Shown here: in pieces, positions 1-11,000 of the stretch
How the letters are laid out: each line of letters begins with the position of its first letter
How positions within the stretch are numbered: position 1 is the first letter of the stretch
Assembly: GCA_030141605.1 (NCBI GenBank)
Contig: JAQGDQ010001546.1
Coordinates: 1 to 35,322, forward strand
Length of the DNA stretch: 35,322 nucleotides
Direction of reading: 5' to 3'
Origin: Tubiluchus corallicola
Lineage: Eukaryota; Animalia; Priapulida
The notes under the pieces: generated by a model
What the model was told of the DNA's origin: nothing
The model's database searches: none
What the model saw: the letters and a program-made list of their open reading frames with translations, nothing else
Position numbers and translations under genes: made by a program

Positions 1-181
<181 letters not shown>

Positions 182-926
182 TACTTACTTAGAAGTGTAC
201 GTGCTGTACTTTCTGATTACACATGTTTAATAATTATTTTGATAACTTGACAAAATTTTTGTGAAACCATGATAAATTCTTCACGAAAAGCTTTTTTCTT
301 AAGTTCTAGCCAACACATAAGAAAATATGTAAAAAGGAACATTTTGTAGTCCACTTGTGACAGCAGCAAATTCGAATTATTCATCAAAAGAATGTGTAAC
401 ATGTGCAAGATGTAGCCACAAGAGCCGATTAATTAGTAAATAGTAAAACGAACGTTTATTAAATGAGCATCAGGTTAGATAAGAATTCGTAAAGATCAAA
501 TCCAACAATGCATGACTTCTACAGCATGATTAGCGCGCTGAAACAATGAGGGAAATCTTTGTAATTGCACACATTAAAATATTAGCCATAGATAAGAGCC
601 TGTCACAGACGGTGTTCAATTGATGTTGATAATTTTGTCAAATATAAAAGTGTCTCTCCAACACTCAAAAATTTTATTTTATTTTTAATGGAATATTTTA
701 TTGCGTTGTAATCTATAGTGCTGTATTGTTTAAAGTTTGCACACTATATGTAAATTTTAAATGAGTGTTAATGAATAAAATTAAGTTAAATTAAATTAAA
801 ACATGATCAGTTGCTCTACAGACAGAGTACAGAGAATCATAATCATTGCTGTATATAGGGACCTTTCACACTGTTGTATACCAGCCATTTTCTCCCTTTG
901 TAGAACGTGAGTGTGAACCCCTAGTG

Positions 927-1326
927 CAGGGGTGTGCAAATTATCTGACTAGCTGGGCCACATTAAACATTCCCGCAATTTCTGTGGGCCACATGCAGTT
1001 TGGTCAAGGAGCCAAGTACAGTAGGACCTGATAACGATTTTTTTGCACACATCACCACTACTGCACTACTACACTCAAGAAACTATTTTAGAAGTTATTA
1101 AAATCTATATTAAAAACCAAATATTTCGTCATGTCCGACAGTGACATTAAGTGACAATGGTCTTGTAAGGGTTAATGCCATCCGATCTAGAGGAAAAAAC
1201 TACCCGCACTATCTTTGCGATATTGGCGCGGACTTCAGCTGGATCGTGTGGGCCGCACTTTCATTACGTTGACAAACCTCTTCGCGGGCCGCAAGTGGCC
1301 CGCGGGCCGCAGTTTGCACACCCCTG
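927..1326 (+). mobile_element. hAT (Charlie-like) non-autonomous element, copy 1
   Basis: 14-bp TIR CAGGGGTGTGCAAA/TTTGCACACCCCTG; perfect 8-bp TSD CCCTAGTG (919-926, 1327-1334); subterminal GCGGGCCGC motifs; second copy at 16448. Confidence 0.92.
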
Positions 1327-1397
1327 CCCTAGTGAGTCACGAACAGAGGTCGAGAATCCTTGCACTATGTGACTGAGAAAGAAACCACAAAGCAATG

Positions 1398-1778
1398 AAG
1401 CCTTTTCTTGACACTTTTGTTGTGCGCACGTGCAGTTGTATCTCAAAGGTTAAGTGTACCGCAGCAACGCATCTTAACTACAACCGTCACGTGACATGTG
1501 CATAAAGCGAAGCCGTCTGCCGCATCAGTTCAGTAGCTTCAGTTTTTTTACGTGGACTTCACTTAATAATGCACTAGTCTGTGTGTAGAGTGATTTACTA
1601 GCAGGATCTTGCTTGGGAACAAGAAAAAATGAACTAGGTAGGGTTCTAGTTAGCTGTTAAAAATCTTACTATTACAATAGTATGGTTTGCTAGGCATTGT
1701 CAAGTGTACACAAATGTGTTGCCTGATACACTTAACCTTTGACCTTTTCACGATCATCATCAATCGCTGAAACTGAAA
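1398..1778. repeat. Dispersed repeat with subterminal 16-bp inverted repeats; ends shared with 21077-22346
   Basis: 1398-~1590 resembles 21077-~21250 and 1690-1778 resembles 22265-22346; IR TCAAAGGTTAAGTGTA at 1443-1458 and 1727-1742. Confidence 0.65.
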
Positions 1779-2604
1779 AGATTTATTGATTATATTTTCT
1801 TATTTACTTACACTTTCTAGATGTTGTCAAACCAGCCTCTAATTTTTTTAATCGGGTGAGGAGGGTTTCTGCATCTTTTGCATCTTTCAGGTACCAAAGG
1901 ATGAGTCTCGATGAATATTGAACCAATCTGAAAGAAGCAGTGAGCTCACCTACCCATCAAATGATTTTATAACTTAAAGATCTACTTTCTTGATTTTATA
2001 ACAACTTTTGCTGACAGATGGCAACACAAAAGCAGTCAATAAACGTAACCTGAAAATAACATTCTCGTCTAACCATCAAATAATTTTACATCTTAAATAT
2101 CTGCTTTGTTGTTTTATGCTGATAGGTGGCAGCAGCAGGGGTTGTGATATAAATATTTAAGTACCAGCTATTTTAAGTTGTTTACGATGGATTATTCTTT
2201 GGACGGATTTCCATCTAGTGAATGGAAATGAACAATGTTCTTTTTGTCACGGGACAACTTGGAACAGAAATTTGTTAATTTTTGTCACGAGACAAATTTT
2301 TGAGACATATCTGCAAGATGTGTGTTAGACTTATGAGTTCTTTGAGTTCACTGCTCCGATCACAGACGATTAGAAGCTGTGCAAGACAACCATAGACATA
2401 GACATAGAAACCAAACCATTACATATTTTTATGTACATCAATTATTCTGTACCATATTATACGTTGTTTCTGTACAGTTCACTACTAATACTGGCCGACT
2501 TGGTAGTATCATGTTTTTCGCCATCCCTTCCCAATTAGACAGATTATACTATTTTTATGTCAGGGATGAATAAATTTGATTTGATTTTCGAATGTTGTAA
2601 AATA

Positions 2605-2782
2605 CTATAAATTTACAATGATTTGACAATAAAATACACAAAAATACAAACGAACATGGGAGAAAGTGTGGCAAAAAATCATAGGGTGGTTGACTCGATA
2701 GCCTTTGGTATTTCGCCACCCCTTCTCCCATGTCCGTTTGTATTTTTGTGTATTTTATTGTCAAATCATTGTAAATTTATGG
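2605..2782. mobile_element. Fold-back MITE-like palindrome, superfamily unassigned
   Basis: About 57-bp arms ATAAATTTACAATG...CATGGGAGAA with one mismatch, imperfect pairing further in; no clear TSD. Confidence 0.75.
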
Positions 2783-4173
2783 AGAAAAATAAAATTACTA
2801 TTAGTATAGTTGATATAACTAAAAATAAGCACACCCTTCTTGCCTAGAAGTGTCAGATTCTTTGGTGGGCACATCTGATTTCGTTTCTCAGGTAGGGCAG
2901 ATGATAACATGATAAATGGCAAAATAGATAAACACCCAAATCGTTTTTCTCTTAGGTATTATTCTAAGTAAGATTTGCTTTGCTTAAGATCTCCTTACTT
3001 TTACAGATCGTAGTAATCTTAACCCCTTCTTCTTATTCATTCTTACCCACAGTTCGTGTACCTATCCAGCAATTTTCTGAAAGTGTGCAAAGGATTCAAA
3101 TCTATTTTTTCTAAACTTTTCATAAATATACAATTACCTATTTATTTTGTCTCTGGCAGCTACTCGACTATTATATTTAATTATAGTGTGAAGTACGGTA
3201 TCCTTTTTTGCGTTTGCCATTCGTGGAGTATTAAAATCACACAACACAGCGAAGTACGCAGAGCAACCACAGCAGGCAAAAACCAGAAAGTAGCAGTACC
3301 ACGAGCACGTGGGTTTTGTTTACTTTAACGACGTAATTTAGAGTTAACCGTTGGTTGGTTAATCATTTATCAGTACGGAAGAGAATCTTTGTATGAAAAC
3401 TAAGGTATGCAGTACTTCATCTGGTTGTTAAGACAGAGTTGGTTTTTGTTAGCTGTAGCCGTTTCTAATTTATTTTTTCCAATATACACGATGTTCGCAA
3501 AACTTCTTTATTGGAAACACTTAAAATCGATGACTAGCTTTGTCATTTCGGTGCCTTGGTACACGTGTTTTTCCGTCACTTCGTTCAGTGCTTGAAGTTG
3601 AAAACTAGAAACTGTGTGAGAAATTTGTGTTTGAGAAAAAATTTTCACGCTAATTTGGAGGTTTATTTACGGTTCACGCGCTGCAGAATCCACCATAGGT
3701 TTGCAACATTTGCCGCAGTGTAAATTTCAGTCGTCCATCTTGATCGAATTTTTTATTAGTATTATTACGATAGTTCAAAGGGTAGTACGCTACCAGGTAA
3801 TTAATAAATTCAACGAGCTTTCTAAAGTTAAACTTTTTGTATTGCTCAATTGCAAGTCGTGAAATCCATTTTGATAAACTATAACTGTAGAGGCAAGTGA
3901 GCCCAATTCAAAGCAGTCTATGGGTTTTTGACGAGCAAAATGTTGCGACCATTGGACCAATTTGCAGGATGATAAATCCTTATACACTGAAATTTTTTGA
4001 ACGAGTTGTAATAGCAAGCTTGATATTCTGAAATTTGTCATGCTAACCTATGATAGACACAATTCAATTCAAAATTCTTATTTGACAAAAATAAGATGGG
4101 TTGGACATTCAGTTGATCACGTTGTAAAACTGTTCTAAATTCTGACCATGTTGTTTTTTCTCTTTATGACTAA

Positions 4174-4443
4174 CTGCGTGTACAGACTTGCGAGTTTGAT
4201 TGCCTAGTAACTCGCAAGCATGTTCAGACTAGAGAGCAAAACTTCTTGGGAGTTACTCTGTGACAGTAAGCGCGAACTGACGCTCCTCTATTCGTTGCGA
4301 GAAGTATCGAGAGTCACTCACTCTGGTCAGTAACTCGCAGCAAATGTCGCAGACTTTGCAACATCTTGCTGACATTAGCTTGTAAAACATTTCACACTTG
4401 CAAATTTGCTGTCAGAGAGAAACTCGCAAGTCTGAATGCGCTC
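4174..4443. mobile_element. PIF/Harbinger-like MITE
   Basis: Imperfect 24-bp TIRs with perfect core CAGACTTGCGAGTTT; TAA on both flanks (4171-4173, 4444-4446); internal copies of the ACTCGCA/CAGACT motif. Confidence 0.7.
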
Positions 4444-4997
4444 TAATGTTTTTGTACATTCTGCGCAGTGGCATATCAACCAATAGGCTAACTAGACTAT
4501 AGCCAGAGCGCCAAAGTTTGAGGGCGTCACATTTTAGAAAAAATGCTCATTTTCCTCGGAAAGTGTGTTTATTTTCATATTCATGTAAAGGGGACATTTT
4601 ATAACACACCACAGGCATTTACTGAGCACAGCTTTTACATAAACCACATAAAGAACAGGTGCAAGGTATTACACAACAAGCAGTTGTGCAGCCTTCTTGC
4701 ATGTAAACTATGCAAATACATGTAATTAATAATGACCACGTAGAAACTAGGTTAATAGTGTGTCTAATACACCACAAGTAATTGTTTAATCTCCTATTAC
4801 ATAAATAACCATAAATTTGCAATAGAGATGGGTGGGACAGCTTAGGGCATGATACACCCATGATTTGTGTCTTGTCTGTGTTGCGGTTGATTAACGTTCT
4901 TGTTTCTGTGCGTTTAGTCAAAGAATTTGTTGAAACGAGAACAACGGGGCATCTGCTTGCTAGACGATCTACAGTCTTCCTTCGCAGAAAACTGGCA

Positions 4998-5042
4998 ATG
5001 GCGGAACCCTTGGTTGAAATAGATGGAAGCATGAAAGAAGGG
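4998..5042 (+). CDS. RTCA: RTCA exon 1 ([15 protein letters not shown])
   Basis: ATG in gcaATGg context; donor GTGAGA at 5043, phase 0. Confidence 0.92.
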
Positions 5043-8000
5043 GTGAGAGCATTTTAATGTTTTAGTACCTGATTAGGCTGTTATAGGGTTATTGATTTTT
5101 ATCTGGAGATAACGACTTTTTATCCATTACTACATATTGGTACTTGAAGGAAACGCCAAACCTTCTGGAAAGTTGGGTTTATTTGAATGTTCATGAAAAA
5201 TGTTAGAAGGATTTAGTAATAAAAGTGTGATAAGTGCCTCGTGTAATTAATAAAATTACTTTAGAGTTGTAATCGTTTCACTCCTGACCGCTTCCCGTTT
5301 TGAACACCCATTTTTCCACCAATGATGTCATTTTGAACACCCATTTTTCCACCAATGACGTCATTTGTCGGTTAAAGAAAAGCAGCGTGCTGTCAGTCTC
5401 TCAAACGCTAGCCTTGTTTTGCTTAGCCTGCTCATTATACAGTCGAACCTCGTTATACCCTGTCCCCTGTCTAACTGTCCAGTACAGTCAACCCTCGTTA
5501 AACCGGACTAATTGGGGGGTGAGGTGGTCCGGTTTAGCCGATTGTCCGATTTATCCGATATGCCTATATATGGTCTATATTTTACAGGAATGATCACCTT
5601 AATAAGGCCTATATACATTGCACTATATACTATACTGTATATTAGTTTAAAATAGTTAACCTGTGAGGATAAAGAAATTATTGTACAGTTGGTAGGCCGT
5701 GTTGTGTTTAGTGCTCCGGCTCGGACGGAAATCGGTCAGTTTCCTTTACCACGGATGACGGCCGTCTTATCCGATATCCGGGCTAACGGGGTCCGGTTTA
5801 ACGAGGGTCGACTGTATTATGACGTTGTTTGTTGGCTAAAGAAAGGCAGCCTGTTGTCAGTCTCTCGAATGCTACCCTTGTTTTGCTTAGCCTGCTCATT
5901 ATACAGTCGAATTTAGTTATACCCCGCCCCCTGTCTAACTGTCCAGTATTACTAAGTTGGTAGTGGATGGGTGCATATTTTTATTATCAGCAGTTATCTA
6001 ATTAACTAATATTTCACAAGATTTCTTCTGCACGTTATGTTACGTAAAAGTTTTACAATGTACCGCTGTAGAACTACACCAGAATGTACAGTATAACACG
6101 TGTGTGATGGTCCAGTATCACTGGTCAGTTTCACTTGAGGAGTGTGATAGCTGTTTCGATCGTCGTATGGGGATCCTATTATCTTCATGTACATGTTAAA
6201 TTGTTTATTGTCTCTGTCTGGGAATGTCGTCTGTGCGACACTGTCATGCAAGAAATCTGTAAGCTGTGACTGACAGTGTGGACTGTTGTACCGCCAGTGA
6301 ACACTCAGCAAGACCCGGGTAGATCGCCAGTATTCTGGGGAAAGGGTTTTCCTTTTTTGTGCGTTGATGCTCATTGTCATTTTTTTGAATATTTGGAATC
6401 TTATTAAATTTGTTATGTGTCATGTCTTTACTTGTTTATTGAGAATCGGATAAAATGTCGTTAACCAATGAAAAGAAAACAACCCACATATTATTTAGGA
6501 AAACTGCGAACAAAGTATTTATTCCCATGAACATTTCATGAACTTATCTTAAAATTAGCATACACCTTTCGGCACACGCTACGTCAAAAGGTGGTCTTCG
6601 GGTACCTGTGGCCCTTCAAACCCGAACTATCACAACGTGTAGATATAATAATATTTTACTGTTTGTCACATATTAAAATTAACTAGGAAACAAAGTAGAG
6701 GTTATTCAGCAGAACTGCTTTCATAATAATGATCCTCACGCTACCATCATCATCATCATCACCATCATCACGTAGAAACTGAAGTATCATTTGCCACTGA
6801 AGTCATTAAAAAATTTAGCCGAGTATTATTAGGTAATAAAACAGGCTTGAACTAACAATTCAAATGAACCTGTTTTGCATTTTGAGTTAGCAAGTAACGT
6901 GTCTCATTATAGATTAAGAATACAAGTATTTACCAAGAAAGATTGTCTAAATATTCATAACTTTCTAAACCAAACTTTGATACTAAAGTTTAAAAAACAA
7001 AAAACACTTTATTATAAGATTTTATCAAATTCATAATAGCTATAATCACTATAACAAAGCCACAAAATTACGTAGTTTTTATAATTATCATAAAAAAATT
7101 GAAAATGTTTGATGATACCGCCAACCTCCGCTTCTAACTAGTCGTGATCATTTCACGTTATGCGCTCTCGTTTTAAACGTCCATCGATGTCGTTCATCGG
7201 CCGAAGAAACGCAGCGTACTGTCAAGAGTATAACAAGTTTCTTACGAATAATTACATAGCTAATTTTGTAGCATTTTTGCGTGAATATTTGGTAAGTTGC
7301 AGAAGTTTTTGAATTAGTTTAACCAACACGCTCTTACGGAAAGCCACGATGTGCTTACAAAATGTTACAAAGTCCTCCAGTTTCTTCATAATTTTTAAGT
7401 GAATATGCGGCAACCACGGCACCTGAAAATTTTCGTACGGTGATGGTTTACGGTTATGCTTGATCAGGGATTTTACTGAAACCGAAATTTATGAAACATA
7501 GGAAAACGATACCGACAGGAAACCGAACCGAAACATTTTTGCAAAATCACCTACCATTAAAACTGAAAAAAGAAAATTTTAAAATAAGTAAAATATATTG
7601 TTTTTTGTTTGTTTGCTTTATTGGTGTAGTGCAAAGTTACTGATGAAAAATTCTAATACAAAAAAAACAAGGAAGTTTATAGTATAGAACCTCGAATTTG
7701 ATGGAGTGGCTTACATTAGAAATGCGTTACAATGTTTTTGTGTTTAAGAATCCTTAATGATTAACGTTTAAAAGTTATAACGCTTCATTAAAATAAAGAA
7801 ATTTTATTTTGTACATATTTTGTTACCTATTTTTCTTTTATTATAAAATTAAATGCGATTTTGCTCAAGTAAATTCAAACATGGGTTGATATTTTTGGTC
7901 GATTAGGCCTGGACACCCTGAAACTTCACAGTGGTCAGCACTGAAGATATGCCGCATTGCCGGTAAAAGCAAGTCACAAGTGTTACGTAAATGAAATTTT

Positions 8001-11000
8001 TGTTTCATTTGAACTATTTTAGCCAACATTTTTTCCGCGGTTTTTGGCGCTAGGAGAAAAGAAAAGGTAGATTGGATAAATACTAGTAAAACCTTGGAAA
8101 AATGCTACTGAAATTATCCAAAATTTCGTTACTTTTATTAAATTTTGCCTACAGTTAACCAAGAGTATAATTATCGGTAACTACCGCATGCTTTATGAAC
8201 AGTTATTTGTGACGTACCCAACATAATAATTGACTTGATTTTTCCTTTAAAACCTGTTCTGTTTAGTCGTACTTAATTTCGTGACCATGCTAGGTTAATA
8301 TTTCTATACTTTTTTGTCGACAGTTACAAGAATTGTACCTTTACTTTTCGTTTAGGGAGGACAGATTCTACGCGTTGCCACGGCGCTCAGCTGTCTTCTA
8401 CAGAAGCCGATCAAAATATTCAATATCAGAGCCGGACGAGACAAACCTGGTTTAAGGTGTGGAATTGTAGCAATGTTGTCTTATTTAGCTCCAGCAAGCA
8501 AGTTGGATTGCTAAACGCTGGTATTACGTGCGATGAATCTAAATATGAATGAACAGAGGAATGTCCTCGTTGACAAATAAAAGCAATAATGCTATAACAC
8601 TCTCTCTCTCTCTCCAAGTGAAGCGTAGGAGTTACGTGTTGAAAGAAATCACGTTTTATGTTACTTTACAGGCCGCAGCATTTAACAGGGCTACAGTTGG
8701 TCAACAGCTTGTGTCAAGGTCAACTGGAGGGCGCCAAGGTCGAGTCGACGGTTGTTACGTTTAGACCGGGACGAATTAAATCCGGAAATTTTTCCGCCGA
8801 CACGAAAACAGCCGGGTATGTGTACTAAAGTGTTGAGTTTGTTTCCATGTTAGGAATGTTTGCAAATGATCGATTATTCGAAGCTTCGTATCAAATAACT
8901 ACGTAGCCATTGTGTGCTCTCCTTAGGCAATTCCAGTTTCCGTAGGCCAGAGAATTAAGTAGGAAAATTCGATACACTGATCGCAGAGGGTGATTTCTAA
9001 TAACCCATCTATACACTCATCACTTATTAGTTCTGATGAGAGGGCTTCAGTCCTGCTGTGGATTAGGGGAACTAATCAGACTGCCATTGATTGTAGAAAT
9101 TAGCCCATCACCAAAAGTTGAACAGTTTTTCATTTAGACTAAATGATGGGGATGAGTTTCCAGATTTAATTACCAGAAAATAGAATTTTTTTAGCAAACA
9201 GTCTGTATATTGTTGTCAGTTTCATCGTCGTCGTCGTCATTATTATTTGTGCGTTTCTTTTTCAGAAGCGTGTGCTTACTCATGCAGGTATCTCTGCCCT
9301 GTTTACTTTTTGCCGACGGTCCTGCGGAAGCGGTGCTGAAGGGAGGGACGAATGCAGAATTTGCCCCTCAGATAGACTACTTTGATCAGGTATTCGTCGA
9401 ATGGCGAAAAAACTTTTTCTGAAATATGAAAATTTGTGCGTTTGTTGTTTGTTTATATTTACGTTTTCTCACTATTCCTGTACAGATCAGCCTTGTGGGT
9501 TTTGTCGCTTTTGCATCTAAACTTTTCTAAATGACTTCCTACATTTATACGATAAACGAAGACCGGACGATTGACTAGACTCATCTCATTTGAATTTAAT
9601 GTCCAAAATATACGTTTTCTTGCCTATAAAAGTTACCAATTGTTTCTTATATTTGAGCAATTAGCTTAGAAAGTTAATTAACGGCAACTGAACACAGCTA
9701 TTGCTTACGTCAGAAACTAACTACAGTTTGTGCAATGGCAAGCGTCTTCCCTTGCGCATCAAGCACGTTTGCATAAGTGTTACGGTACTGTTTAAACACA
9801 TGATGTCATGAAAAATGGGCTCTACGTCATATGATGTCAGAAACTAACGCTGGAGTTCATGATCATGATTTTCACGGCACCGCCTTCTATTTGTCGGCCA
9901 CGCGAATGTGACAAAAAGATGCCACTGCCAATCTTAGTAGATTCACTGAGCCATGCGTGTCTTTGAAAATTTAACAAAATTTGAGTATCCGAGGTAATTA
10001 TTATTTAATCTAAGCTCTTATTTAAAATAAGCTGTTGTAGTTTTCAATATTTTTGAGCATTCTCTATTCTGAACTAATGTTTACACAATCATCCGGTTTT
10101 CCTTTAAAAGAAGACATAATTAATGACAGACGAGGTCAACTGTTGATGACATCACAAACTAACATGATTTTCAGCAGCAAAAAATATTCCACGAGCGTGT
10201 TACACGTGTTTGCAAAAGCAAAAATTGAATTACAGTGCTACTGTTAGATATTCAGTATGTTGTACTAAAACAAGGCAAGTTTTCAGATAAAAATTCAAAT
10301 TGCAAATTTACCACTGTACTCATGCATGAGGTGTTCAATGTGTGTAGCTCATCACAAATTAACACGTCTGAACTGAGAGGTACAGCACCTGTTTTTGTAT
10401 AATGTGTTTCCGAAATGCAGGCTCTAGTGCCCGTCTAACTAGTGAATGGCGAAATATAGGTAACAGCAAAGAACTAGTGGCGCGAATGTGAAATTGTGTT
10501 TGTGTGGTAATAATTCTTTCAGGTAAGTCATTTTTGGAAAAAAATAGTATGTTTTCTTTCGATATTTTAAAGAGTATATTGTTTTGACCTGCAGTTTAAA
10601 ATTGGGTCCGGTTTTGCTTTAATGGGAAAACCAGACCCAATCTTAAACTACATCTCAAAAGAGTCTGTCTGAAAATAACATGTAAGTGAACATACTGTTT
10701 TTTCAAGAATGTGAAAGAATTATTACCGCAGAAATCGAGTTTTGCTAGTTCTTCGCTGCCACATGAATTTCACCATTCGCTAGTTAGATAGGCACTTGGA
10801 AATGCGTTGCACGCAAAAAAAGAGATACTGTCTGTTCTCAGTTCAGATGTGGTTCAGTTGTGATGTAGTGCTCACATTCGAGCGCTCGTGGTTTTTGACG
10901 TAAACTTTGTCGAGTTTTGGTGTATCACAATGAATATCCTACAGTAGCGCTGTACTTCAATTTTCGCTTTTGCAAACACGTGCAACACTCGTGGAATGTT

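Noticed and set aside
217-800. Possible decayed LINE 3' end
   Set aside because: No reverse transcriptase or endonuclease motif recognisable in any frame
2555-2847. Two ORFs on opposite strands both starting MTIKYTKIQT
   Set aside because: Artefact of the palindromic element
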